Assembly: GCA_028282585.1 (NCBI GenBank)
Contig: JANQHR010000149.1
Coordinates: 1 to 64,000 of the forward strand
Length of the DNA: 64,000 nucleotides
Direction: 5' to 3'
DNA from: Bacteroidales bacterium
Lineage (GTDB): Bacteria > Bacteroidota > Bacteroidia > Bacteroidales > UBA12077
Part shown: positions 31,001 to 40,720 of the stretch, one piece after another
How the letters are laid out: every line of letters begins with the position of its first letter
Numbering within the stretch: position 1 is the stretch's first letter
The notes under the pieces: generated by a model
The model's input: the letters and a program-made list of their open reading frames with translations, nothing else
What the model was told of the DNA's origin: nothing
Database searches by the model: none
Program-made: the position numbers and the translations under genes

Positions 31001-31630
31001 ATGAAAAAAACAACATTATTATTAAAGGTACTGTTAATCGTATTAACAACCTCGTTATTTGTAGCATGCGACGAGGATGATGATCCCAAACCTGCAGAAA
31101 ATGATACACTTAGTCTTTATACGAAAGATTATACTATCTGGCACTATTTTTCTTTTGAAAATGGAGTTATAGGCACCGGCTCGGCCGATCCAACTGAATC
31201 GGATGATGCAGACTGGAAAGCCAGAACAGATTGGGATCTTGCATTTCATTACAAGGACGTAAGAACAAACAGTGGTAAATCCGGAGATGGACAAGGTGGT
31301 ATGCTGGAAGCCACTCAAACAGATTTTGCCCTTGTAACTGAAGCTCCAACATCAGGTTATACAGTAGATGATGATCTTGATATAAGATTAACTCCGGCAA
31401 TGCCACCTGTTTATGTTACATCAACAGCAAATTCTGTTTGCGATGATTGGGCCTCTTATGATCATGCTGAAGGTGCTTGGGTATTTGTAGAAAAAGTTTT
31501 TATTGTTAGAACTGCGGATGGGAAATATGCCAAAATATGGTTAAAAAGCTTCCTTGATGATGAAGATAATTCTGGAACTATCACCATGGACTATGCATAC
31601 CAATCAGATGGAAGTACAAATCTAGAATAG
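31001..31630 (+). CDS. hmuY: HmuY family hemophore-like lipoprotein
   Basis: Lipobox FVAC-DEDDD, WHYFSF, WDLAFH..VRTNSGKSG, VRTADGKYAKI. Confidence 0.9.
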   Translation: MKKTTLLLKVLLIVLTTSLFVACDEDDDPKPAENDTLSLYTKDYTIWHYFSFENGVIGTGSADPTESDDADWKARTDWDLAFHYKDVRTNSGKSGDGQGGMLEATQTDFALVTEAPTSGYTVDDDLDIRLTPAMPPVYVTSTANSVCDDWASYDHAEGAWVFVEKVFIVRTADGKYAKIWLKSFLDDEDNSGTITMDYAYQSDGSTNLE

Positions 31631-31652
31631 GTTTCATTCAATTTTAACAAGT

Positions 31653-31710
31653 GTGGTTTCCATTAGATTCGGCTTTTGGTAGCTAGATAATTCTGGAAAT
31701 CACCTTTTTA
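31653..31710 (+). terminator. Stem-loop between hmuY and hmuS
   Basis: GTGGTTTCCA...TGGAAATCAC followed by CTTTTT. Confidence 0.5.
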
Positions 31711-31721
31711 TATTTAAAAAA

Positions 31722-34700
31722 ATGAAAAAAAGATTTTTAACAACAGTAAGTATTTGTTTCTTAATCATAATATTGTTCTTTTTATATAAAAGTAACATAG
31801 CTCCAACAAAAATTGCAGTCGTCTCATTTCCGGATTTTACCATGGAGAAAATGGAACGTTCAAACGATAACAAGTGGATTAAACTGCAAAATATTGAATT
31901 AGGCGAATTAGATAAGATTCATAAATATGATTTGGTTCTGGTAAGGGGTCATGGAGTTCGCATATCGCCCGAACAACTTGATTTATTAAGAAAAGCATCA
32001 GCTAAAGGAACCAAGATCTATGTAACGGATATAACAAATCCCGAATACGATGTTACAAATATCAGGGGTAAAGAACTCGATTACATTACCGATTTACTGG
32101 ATAACAAATGTGCTATAAATTTTAAAAATCTTTTTAATTATACCCGAAAAAATATTGATGGGAAAAGATGGTTTAATAAACCCTATGGTGAAGCATTTAT
32201 TCTACCGGAAGATTTTTATTTTCATGGAGAAGATGATCAAATTTTTGCAACCATTGAAGAGTATGAAATATTTTACAAACAAAAGGGGTATTATAAAGAA
32301 AATGCTCCAAGGGTAGCATTACTTGCAGGAAATATAAACATACAAAACTCAAACAGGGAACATACCCTTAAATTAATTCAAGGATTAGAGGAACAAGGAT
32401 TAAACGTTTATCCTATCCGATCCTTTGGTAAAAAGAAATTAGAGCTTTTACAAAATTGTGATCCCGATCTTGTAATACTTCGCCCACACGGCCGCCTGGC
32501 GATGGGGCAACAAAATAAGGCCATTGATTGGCTTAAAGAAAAAAATATTCCTGTACTTGCTCCGCTTACGGTTTTCGATGAATATGACAAATGGCTTACC
32601 AACCAACAAGGAATGTACGGCGGAATGCTTTCCATGAGTATTGTTATGCCTGAATTAGATGGAGCAGTAGTTCCATATGCAATTGTTTCCAAATTTAAAG
32701 GAGAATCGGGTAACCTGATCTTTGATGCTATTCCAAACCGCGTTGATAATTTTTGTAAGATAACTGCTAACTGGCTCAAACTTCAAACAAAAAATAATGC
32801 AGATAAAAAAATAGCTATTTATTACTTCAAGGGACCTGGTAATAATGCACTTGTTGCTGCCAATATGGAAGTAATACCATCGCTTTATAATGTTTTAAAA
32901 TCTTTACAGAAACAAGGATATAACCTAAATGGGCTACCTACAACCAAAGAAGCATTCCAGGAAATAATGATGAAAAAAGGTCCCGTTTTAGGAACTTATG
33001 CGCTTGGTGCATTTGATGAATATTTAAAAACCGGTAATCCTGCTTTAGTTGAAGCGACAGAATATGAAAATTGGTGTAAAGAAGAATTACCGGAAGATTT
33101 ATATCAACAAGTAGTAGATAAATATGGAAAAGCTCCCGGGAAATATATGAACGTTGAAAAAGATAGTAAGCAATATATTGCCATTACAAGGGTACAATTT
33201 GGTAATGTTTGTCTGTTACCACAACCCCTGCCAGGAATTGGCGATGATACTCAACAATTAGTACATGGTGCAAACGTAGCACCTCCTCATACCTATATAG
33301 CTTCTTATTTATGGACAAGTAAAGATTTTGGGGCCGATGCTATTTTTCATTTCGGTACACACGGAAGCTTAGAGTTTACTCCTGGAAAACAAGTTGCTTT
33401 ATCAGACTATGATTGGTCAGACCGTTTAATTGGCAATACACCTCACTTTTATATTTATACGATAAGCAATATAGGAGAAGGAATAATTGCTAAACGTAGA
33501 AGTTATGCTACTTTATTAACTTATCTTACTCCACCATTCATGAAAAGTGGATTACATGATGATCTAGAAGAATTATACCAAAAATTAGATAAATATAATA
33601 GCTTGCCTGATGGCCCTGTAAAAGAACAGTACGCTAAATCAGCTAAATTATTAGCTGAAAAACAAAATATCCATAGAGCTATTGGCTTAGATTCTTTAAA
33701 ACCATATGGTTCTGAAGAAATGTATAAAATACACGAATATCTTGAAGAAATTGAGGAGGAAAAGGTTACTGCTGGCCTTTATACTATGGGTATCGCATAC
33801 AAACCGGAAAAATTAAAAGAAACTGTAACTCTTATGGCCCAAGATCCTATTGCCTTTGGGTTGGCCGAACTTGATGGAATGCGCGGAAAAATTGATGCAA
33901 ATAAATACCAGGATAATTTTTATGTGTCCAAATATTACCGCCCTAAAGCAAAGAGAATAATTCAAAACATTCTTAACGAATATGATATTAATAAAACTCT
34001 GGGATCTTTACTTACGAATGAAGAACAAGCTAAGGCGCATCAGTGGAAAGAAAAAAATACTTCCCCGGATTTTATATCAGTAATGATGTCTTCTTCATCG
34101 TCTAAAGGATCCGAACAAACATTGCTTAAAGAAAATCTTCCAACACTTATCATAGATTTATGTAAGGACGAAAAGAATAAAAACTACATTCTGAACCTTA
34201 AATCAGAGAAAGTATTTAATAAATCATCTCAAATGCTGGATGCTTCATACAGAGCCAAAGCCCTAAAAATGGCTGAAAAAATGAAAAAAATGGCTCCTGA
34301 GATGTATGAGACCGTTTCTATCGCTAATCAAAAAAAGATGTTGCAGTTGCTTGATGCAATGCAGGATAGCTTAATTAAAACAGAAGTATTTAAACTTTTA
34401 GAGGATAAAACCCTTGCCGAAAAAATAGAAAAGCAAAAAATAGAAATACTTAAAGAAAAGGCAGCATTAATATCTACTCCGGAATATCTTTCAATTATCC
34501 AGAAGTTGTTTAATACCAGTGATTCTGAATTAATTTCAAACAAAAGTAAAGAAGAGCTTAAAACGACATTCGAAATTTTAACTTTCTACAAGAATAATAA
34601 GGCATCCATTAAATATTGTGATTATGACATTGCTCAAACACTTACAAACCTAATCAAAAGATCAGATTGGGATAGTAAAATACAAAGTTCTTTAGCAAGT

Positions 34701-36416
34701 ATAAATAATCAAATAGATAAAATTAATAAAGAGGAAGCCCGGTTCGCTATAACTGTTCTGCAAGTTGAAAGAAGTATTCGGTCAGTAAAAAAATATTATA
34801 ACAACTTAAGCAATAGCCCAAACTCTGAATTGTTTTCAATTGATAATGCATTGCATGGCGGTTATACGGAGCCATCATCCGGCGGAGATCCAATCGTAAA
34901 TCCGGAGTCTTTACCAACAGGGCGTAATATGTATTCTGTTGATGCAGAACGCACACCTTCTGATGAAGCATGGACCGTAGGAGTGCGGTTAGCCAAATCA
35001 TTACTTGACAATGAATATAAAGCAAAGGGTCATTATCCGCATAAGGTTAGTTTCACTTTGTGGGCAACAAATTTTATATCAACAGAAGGTGCTACCATAG
35101 CACAAATCTTGTATCTTTTAGGTGTTGAACCTGTACGAGACGGATTTGGTTCTGTACGAAACCTGCGTTTAATCCCAATAGAAGAGTTAGGAAGACCACG
35201 AATCGATGTTGTAGTTCAAACATCAGGACAACTAAGAGATTTAGCCGCTTCGCGTTTAAACCTAATTCGTAAAGCGGTATTGATGGCTTCACAATCGAAA
35301 GATGTAGATTCCATGAACTACGTGCAAAAGGGAATACATGATGCTGAAAAATTCATGCTTGATAAAGGTTTCTCTCCCCTTGATGCAAGGAAATATGCAT
35401 CAAAAAGAGTCTTTGGCGGAGTAAACGGAAATTATGGAACAGGTATCATGGGATTAGTTGAAAAAGGAGATGCCTGGGATGATGAAAGTCAGGTTGCACG
35501 AAACTATTTAAATAATATGGGGGCAGTTTATGACGAAGGTGAAGATTGGGGAACTTTCCGAGCAGGAATTTTCGAAGCTGCTTTACAAAACACCGAAACC
35601 GTTGTTCAGCCAAGAGCAAGTAATAACTGGGGCCCTCTCAGTTTAGATCATGTTTACGAATTTATGGGTGGTTTAAACATGACCGTAAGAAATGTAACAG
35701 GCAATGATCCAACTGCTTACTTCAATGATTTTAGAAATATCAGTAATCCCAGAATGCAAGGATTAAACGAAGCTATAGGAGTTGAAACCAACTCTACGGT
35801 ATTTAATCCAAAGTTTATTGAGGAATTGCTAAATGGCGAAGCCAGTTCAATGGAAACTTTCGCTGAAACATTCAGGAACACATATGGCTGGAATGTTATG
35901 AAACCAACAGCAATTGACGATCATATATGGAATACTTATCATGAAGTTTATGTAAAAGATAAATATAACCTAAATGTTCAGGATCGGTTTGAAGAAGAAA
36001 ATCCTTATGCGCTACAGGAAATGACGTCTGTAATGATGGAAACTGCGCGTAAGGGATATTGGAAAGCAAACGAACAACAGTTAAAAGAAATAGCCCGGTT
36101 ACACGCAGAGCTGATTAAAGAGCATAAAGCGGGTTGCAGCGGATTTGTCTGTGACAATGCCAAATTAAAAGACTTTATTGCCAGTAAACTTGATCCTCAG
36201 CAAGCAGAACAGTACAATAATGATATAAAAGATGTAAGAGAAGTAAAAATTGAAGAGAATAAAGAAAGCCTAGTTCTTAAAAAAGAAGAGCAAAAGCAAA
36301 AACCCGATAAGGGGCAAAATAAACAAGAACCAAAAAAAGATAACGGAATAGTTATTATTTCTTTAATCATAATAATTTTTATGGTCATGTTTTTTATCAG
36401 AAAAAGAAAGAAATAA
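31722..36416 (+). CDS. hmuS: CobN/Mg-chelatase family protein (HmuS-type)
   Basis: MPELDG, HFGTHGSLEF.PGK, LPTGRN, RPRIDVVVQTSG, DHVYEFMGG; N- and C-terminal TM segments. Confidence 0.9.
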   Translation: MKKRFLTTVSICFLIIILFFLYKSNIAPTKIAVVSFPDFTMEKMERSNDNKWIKLQNIELGELDKIHKYDLVLVRGHGVRISPEQLDLLRKASAKGTKIYVTDITNPEYDVTNIRGKELDYITDLLDNKCAINFKNLFNYTRKNIDGKRWFNKPYGEAFILPEDFYFHGEDDQIFATIEEYEIFYKQKGYYKENAPRVALLAGNINIQNSNREHTLKLIQGLEEQGLNVYPIRSFGKKKLELLQNCDPDLVILRPHGRLAMGQQNKAIDWLKEKNIPVLAPLTVFDEYDKWLTNQQGMYGGMLSMSIVMPELDGAVVPYAIVSKFKGESGNLIFDAIPNRVDNFCKITANWLKLQTKNNADKKIAIYYFKGPGNNALVAANMEVIPSLYNVLKSLQKQGYNLNGLPTTKEAFQEIMMKKGPVLGTYALGAFDEYLKTGNPALVEATEYENWCKEELPEDLYQQVVDKYGKAPGKYMNVEKDSKQYIAITRVQFGNVCLLPQPLPGIGDDTQQLVHGANVAPPHTYIASYLWTSKDFGADAIFHFGTHGSLEFTPGKQVALSDYDWSDRLIGNTPHFYIYTISNIGEGIIAKRRSYATLLTYLTPPFMKSGLHDDLEELYQKLDKYNSLPDGPVKEQYAKSAKLLAEKQNIHRAIGLDSLKPYGSEEMYKIHEYLEEIEEEKVTAGLYTMGIAYKPEKLKETVTLMAQDPIAFGLAELDGMRGKIDANKYQDNFYVSKYYRPKAKRIIQNILNEYDINKTLGSLLTNEEQAKAHQWKEKNTSPDFISVMMSSSSSKGSEQTLLKENLPTLIIDLCKDEKNKNYILNLKSEKVFNKSSQMLDASYRAKALKMAEKMKKMAPEMYETVSIANQKKMLQLLDAMQDSLIKTEVFKLLEDKTLAEKIEKQKIEILKEKAALISTPEYLSIIQKLFNTSDSELISNKSKEELKTTFEILTFYKNNKASIKYCDYDIAQTLTNLIKRSDWDSKIQSSLASINNQIDKINKEEARFAITVLQVERSIRSVKKYYNNLSNSPNSELFSIDNALHGGYTEPSSGGDPIVNPESLPTGRNMYSVDAERTPSDEAWTVGVRLAKSLLDNEYKAKGHYPHKVSFTLWATNFISTEGATIAQILYLLGVEPVRDGFGSVRNLRLIPIEELGRPRIDVVVQTSGQLRDLAASRLNLIRKAVLMASQSKDVDSMNYVQKGIHDAEKFMLDKGFSPLDARKYASKRVFGGVNGNYGTGIMGLVEKGDAWDDESQVARNYLNNMGAVYDEGEDWGTFRAGIFEAALQNTETVVQPRASNNWGPLSLDHVYEFMGGLNMTVRNVTGNDPTAYFNDFRNISNPRMQGLNEAIGVETNSTVFNPKFIEELLNGEASSMETFAETFRNTYGWNVMKPTAIDDHIWNTYHEVYVKDKYNLNVQDRFEEENPYALQEMTSVMMETARKGYWKANEQQLKEIARLHAELIKEHKAGCSGFVCDNAKLKDFIASKLDPQQAEQYNNDIKDVREVKIEENKESLVLKKEEQKQKPDKGQNKQEPKKDNGIVIISLIIIIFMVMFFIRKRKK

Positions 36417-36824
36417 ATGAATAACGAAAGTATAAAACAACGCATAAACCTGCATTGGGTTATTATTCTTATTGGATTAATGTTTCATATTATTCTTCAT
36501 CTCGTTCCAATTTTTTATGGAATTAACGTTGAAAAAAATGGAGCCAATGGAATAATCCCAATTGGTATGGTTTTTATATTTGGACTTAGTTTTTGTATTC
36601 CGGTTTTAGCTATTTTAAACACTAACTATCTAAAAGGAAATACTGGTAAATTAATAAACATGTTATTGTCATTTGCTGCTTTATTAGTAAACACAGGACA
36701 TTTACATGAAATTTATTCTACCGGGGCAAAAAGCCCTGTTCAGCTATTTGTTTTAATACCTCTATTTTTTGTTTCAATTTTTTTGGTTAGAGATTCAATT
36801 AAATGGTTTAAAACAAAATTATAA
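36417..36824 (+). CDS. Small 4-TM membrane protein
   Basis: Hydrophobic, directly abuts hmuS and the next gene; His residues in TM segments. Confidence 0.65.
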   Translation: MNNESIKQRINLHWVIILIGLMFHIILHLVPIFYGINVEKNGANGIIPIGMVFIFGLSFCIPVLAILNTNYLKGNTGKLINMLLSFAALLVNTGHLHEIYSTGAKSPVQLFVLIPLFFVSIFLVRDSIKWFKTKL

Positions 36825-37528
36825 TGGAAAATGTATTACAAGTCATTCTTATTCTTTCTGTTATAAAGTTTGCCTGTAAGGCTACTTTTTATAAAAGTTA
36901 TTCGGGAGTATTACTTTTTGCAGGTCTTGCAGGCATTTTTACTTATATTATTCATCCTTTCGTTATTAAACAAAATGGAGATATCTATACAGTATTATTT
37001 TCTGAAAGTCGCAGAGTAACTAATTTAGCTTTAGTAATTACATTGGAAGCAATCTCCGGAATTCTTATTAGTATTGGAATGTTACAGAATCTATTTTCGG
37101 TTAAAAAAAGAAAGTGGATAAAACTTCTAAAGCTAGTACCTGGTGTATTGATTGCCGGAGCAATTTTTTATATTGAACTGAAAGTTTTTTATTTGTTCCC
37201 CGGTTTGAACTTTAAGTTAACATCTTTAATTACTGCAATAAGTTTATTTTTGTTAATTACTCTTTTATCATTTTTTATTAAATACTTTTTTCCCCAAGAT
37301 AGCATACGCTATGAACTTAAGTTCTTAATTAACTCTATTTTATTTATTATAGCAATTATAATAAATGCAGGATTGGCTAGCTATAATCATAGTGAATACA
37401 ATTCCGGAATAAATTTTACTAACCTTCTGGTTTTTATTTTAATTGTAATTGCATTGGGAACTTCGGGATACTATTTAAACAAAATCAAAAACAAAAAACA
37501 ATTTAAATTTTTACAAAAATGGATATAA
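36824..37528 (+). CDS. HmuT-like membrane protein
   Basis: Multi-TM protein, LAL.ITLEA and RYEL motifs, lies before the ExbB-like gene. Confidence 0.65.
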   Translation: MENVLQVILILSVIKFACKATFYKSYSGVLLFAGLAGIFTYIIHPFVIKQNGDIYTVLFSESRRVTNLALVITLEAISGILISIGMLQNLFSVKKRKWIKLLKLVPGVLIAGAIFYIELKVFYLFPGLNFKLTSLITAISLFLLITLLSFFIKYFFPQDSIRYELKFLINSILFIIAIIINAGLASYNHSEYNSGINFTNLLVFILIVIALGTSGYYLNKIKNKKQFKFLQKWI

Positions 37529-38163
37529 TAACAAATTGGCTCTATTGGCTTACTACGGGTCTTTTAGTTCCTGTTGTCGTTTTTCTTTTAATTCTCTTTG
37601 TCAGATCATTGTTGTTGGCTGGCAGTTTTTACGGAACTTATATAAATCGTACAAAAAATAAGCAAAAAATAAAAGAAGCTATTGAAAACAGAAATGTTCT
37701 CGATTTTATACAGAATTTTCATTTACCTGAATTTCCTAATAATCAATTGGCTATTTATATTGATAAAATAAAGAAGAAAAGTACTTCAAAGGCTAACTTA
37801 AATAAGCTGTTAGGCGATTATGAAATTCTGGCTGATACTGATTTAGGAAAATCAAAGAGTTTAACAAAATTAGGCCCAATGTTAGGCTTAATGGGAACTT
37901 TAATTCCAATGGGGCCAGCTCTTGTCGGTTTGGCAAGTGGTGATGTTGCAACTATGGCACACAACATGCAAGTAGCCTTTGCCACAACCGTAATTGGTGT
38001 TTTTATAGGTGCCATAGGATTTATAACTTTACAAATAAAGCAAAGATGGTATGCTGACGATATGAATACCTTAGAATATCTTACAGAAGCAATTTTGGAA
38101 TATTTTTCCGAAGAAAAAGTAAAAAATATAGATTATGAAAAAGAGACGATTGTTGCAAGCTAA
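37519..38163 (+). CDS. MotA/TolQ/ExbB family (HmuU-like)
   Basis: GPMLGLMGTLIPMGPALVGL..NMQVAFATTVIG. Confidence 0.9.
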   Translation: MDIITNWLYWLTTGLLVPVVVFLLILFVRSLLLAGSFYGTYINRTKNKQKIKEAIENRNVLDFIQNFHLPEFPNNQLAIYIDKIKKKSTSKANLNKLLGDYEILADTDLGKSKSLTKLGPMLGLMGTLIPMGPALVGLASGDVATMAHNMQVAFATTVIGVFIGAIGFITLQIKQRWYADDMNTLEYLTEAILEYFSEEKVKNIDYEKETIVAS

Positions 38164-38461
38164 TGATGATCAGGATCCATTATCAGTACTAACAAATTTG
38201 TTTGATGTCGCAATGGTTTTTGCTGTTGCACTTATGGTTGCACTGGTTACAAGATATCAGATGAACGAAGTTTTTTCCAAAGAAGATTTTACCATGGTTA
38301 AAAATCCAGGAAAAGAAAACATGGAGATCATTACTAAAAAGGGAGAAACTATTGAAAAATATAAGCCTTCCGAAGATACGCAAAACTCAGGAACCAGAGG
38401 TAAACGGGTTGGAGTTGCTTACCAGCTTGAAAATGGGGAAATAATTTATATTCCTGAATAA
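38135..38461 (+). CDS. DUF2149 family (HmuV-like)
   Basis: DPLSVLTNLFDVAMVFAVAL, VKNPG, GVAYQLENGEIIYIPE. Confidence 0.88.
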   Translation: MKKRRLLQANDDQDPLSVLTNLFDVAMVFAVALMVALVTRYQMNEVFSKEDFTMVKNPGKENMEIITKKGETIEKYKPSEDTQNSGTRGKRVGVAYQLENGEIIYIPE

Positions 38462-38479
38462 AATAAATTTGAACTTAAT

Positions 38480-39235
38480 ATGAAAAAGAAGTTGCTGTTT
38501 AATCCTAAATCCAGGTTGGCTGATATTATTCATTTAGATTATCGATTAATTCCTGTCATAGGAAGGTTTGGGATCGAATTTGGATTTGGAAACAAAACGA
38601 TTAAGGAAGTTTGCAACAACAAAGGAATAAACGTTTGGTTTGCACTTGAGATAATCAACTCATATCACGATAGCAACTATTTTCCAAAAAAAAGCCTTCA
38701 AAATTTTCCGGCAAAACTTATCATTGAATATTTATCAAGTACTCACAATTATTACCTAAAGGTTAAAATACCTGAAATACAAGAGTATATTGATAAAATG
38801 GAACAAAATGTAAAACCTGAAAACCATAAGAACATTACGCTTTTAAATGGTTTTTTTAACGAGTATAAAGAAGAATTAAGGTTACATCTTGAAAATGAGG
38901 ATCAACATGTTTTTCCATATATCTTGGATATTGATAATGCCATGATTCGTGGTGAGATAGATGATGAGCTATATAAAAAGATTTTAACCGACTCAATAGA
39001 AAATTACGAAAGAAGCCATGACGATGCAGAGGTTAAGCTAAATGACTTAAAGAACCTGATCATAAAATTTTTACCACCAGTTTTATGTAAGGAATTATGC
39101 CAAAATCTATTAATTGAAATATTTCGCTTAGAAGCGGATATAAAAAATCATACAAATATTGAGGATAAAGTACTTATTCCAAAAGTTAAATTAATGGAAA
39201 AAAAATTATTAGAAATTCGTGAAAACAAACTATAG
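38480..39235 (+). CDS. Hemerythrin/RIC-like domain protein
   Basis: RFGIEFGFG, LIIEYLSSTHNYY, HLENEDQHVFPY, HDDAE, HTNIEDKVLIP. Confidence 0.85.
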   Translation: MKKKLLFNPKSRLADIIHLDYRLIPVIGRFGIEFGFGNKTIKEVCNNKGINVWFALEIINSYHDSNYFPKKSLQNFPAKLIIEYLSSTHNYYLKVKIPEIQEYIDKMEQNVKPENHKNITLLNGFFNEYKEELRLHLENEDQHVFPYILDIDNAMIRGEIDDELYKKILTDSIENYERSHDDAEVKLNDLKNLIIKFLPPVLCKELCQNLLIEIFRLEADIKNHTNIEDKVLIPKVKLMEKKLLEIRENKL

Positions 39236-39824
39236 AATAAGGAAAGTTGTAATTGCTTCAAATAATTATATATATACCCTTGGAATAAAAACCATTCTGA
39301 GCGTAATAGGCATAAAACCTGAATTATTTGATGTTGAGTCTATTGATGAATTAAAAGAGCTATTAAAAGAGCAAGCTCTTCCTTTATTCTTAATTCTGAA
39401 CGAAGATATTCTTAACAATAACGTAGAACAAACCATTTCTGAAATCAAAAAGATTTCCCCTGATTGTCCCCTGATTCTTTTAAAAAACAGTCAAACTTCT
39501 ATTAAAGCCAACATAAAATGTATCAATCATAATGAAAATCAATCGGAAATTTTAAAAAAACTCACTAACTTTTTTAAGGAAAAGAATCAAAAAGACTCTA
39601 AAAAAAATCAACCTATTTTAAGTGATCGGGAAAAAGATGTTTTAAAAGAAGTTGCTTTGGGTTTGGCTAATAAAGAAATTGCAGATAAACTATTTATTAG
39701 CATTAATACTGTTATAACACACCGAAAAAACATTACCGAAAAATTAGGCATAAAAACGATTGCCGGCCTTACAGTTTATGCTATGCTAAATAACTACATC
39801 GATCCTGAGAAAGGAAATCTTTGA
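39219..39824 (+). CDS. LuxR/NarL-type HTH regulator with a degenerate receiver domain
   Basis: LSDREKDVL..GLANKEIADKLFISINTVITHRKNITEKLG; GTG start overlaps the upstream gene. Confidence 0.9.
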   Translation: MKTNYRIRKVVIASNNYIYTLGIKTILSVIGIKPELFDVESIDELKELLKEQALPLFLILNEDILNNNVEQTISEIKKISPDCPLILLKNSQTSIKANIKCINHNENQSEILKKLTNFFKEKNQKDSKKNQPILSDREKDVLKEVALGLANKEIADKLFISINTVITHRKNITEKLGIKTIAGLTVYAMLNNYIDPEKGNL

Positions 39825-39987
39825 CTACTTTTTAATTAAAAAATGCATAATTGTTTCTGAAGATAAATTACAATTAGGCGGTATTTTCTCTTAACAGTTA
39901 TTATTAGAAAAAAGCGATTCTTTTCAGATGTAGGATTTAACCTTCTTTACAATATTAAAGATTTCTAAGATTGGTTTTAGTCTTTAC

Positions 39988-40038
39988 AAAATCATAACAT
40001 TTAGGGATTGTTATTAAATTTTATAATATATTACTTTG
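39988..40038 (+). promoter_or_regulatory. 23-bp box 2 plus -7 element
   Basis: AAAATCATAACATTTAGGGATTG, 20-nt spacer, TTACTTTG. Confidence 0.7.
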
Positions 40039-40045
40039 CATTAAC

Positions 40046-40056
40046 GAACAATGTTC
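40046..40056. promoter_or_regulatory. Putative TetR operator GAACAnTGTTC
   Basis: GAACAATGTTC; further copies at 40690, 49745 and 50414. Confidence 0.7.
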
Positions 40057-40060
40057 TTTT

Positions 40061-40672
40061 ATGCAAGTACAAAAAAATAACATACGCGAAAAAGTGCTAA
40101 AAGAAGCACGAAAAGAATTTATTGCTAAAGGTTTCAAGGATTCCAATATGCGTACTATTGCTAAAAAATCAAAAGTTGGATTAAGCAACATCTATAATTA
40201 TTTTAAAGACAAAAATGAAATCTTTATTGAAGTACTAGCACCTTTGTTAAGCGAATTGGATAAAATGATGCAAGAACATAATAACCCGGAATACATTACT
40301 GTCGATTATTTTACTTCCGAACAGCACCAGTTATATCATATAAATCAATATTTGGGCCTTATTATTAATTTTAAAGATGAATTAAATCTTTTGTTATTTA
40401 AATCATATGGTTCAAGTTTTGAGAATTTCAGGGATGAATACACCGACCGCCATACCAAATCCGGTGTAGAATACATTAAAAAAATGAAAGAAAAATATCC
40501 TTACATCAATTCGGATATATCTGAATTCTTCCTCCATACTATGAGCTCATGGTGGTTTAGTATTATAGGCGAGATTGTATCTCACAACTTAAGTAATGAA
40601 GTAATTAAAAGATTTATTTCGGAATTTATGGAATTTGGTACTGCCGGTTGGAAAAAGATAATGAAAGTATAA
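40061..40672 (+). CDS. TetR/AcrR family regulator
   Basis: KGFKDSNMRTIAKKSKVGLSNIYNYFKDKNEIF. Confidence 0.93.
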   Translation: MQVQKNNIREKVLKEARKEFIAKGFKDSNMRTIAKKSKVGLSNIYNYFKDKNEIFIEVLAPLLSELDKMMQEHNNPEYITVDYFTSEQHQLYHINQYLGLIINFKDELNLLLFKSYGSSFENFRDEYTDRHTKSGVEYIKKMKEKYPYINSDISEFFLHTMSSWWFSIIGEIVSHNLSNEVIKRFISEFMEFGTAGWKKIMKV

Positions 40673-40689
40673 TTTTTTTGAACAAAAAT

Positions 40690-40700
40690 GAACATTGTTC
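40690..40700. promoter_or_regulatory. Putative TetR operator
   Basis: GAACATTGTTC between tetR and the MATE gene. Confidence 0.65.
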
Positions 40701-40720
40701 TTTTTTAAAATATATTGATA

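Noticed and set aside
31722-36416. CobN as evidence of cobalamin biosynthesis
   Set aside because: No other cob/cbi genes; membrane anchors and hmuR/Y/T/U/V context indicate HmuS
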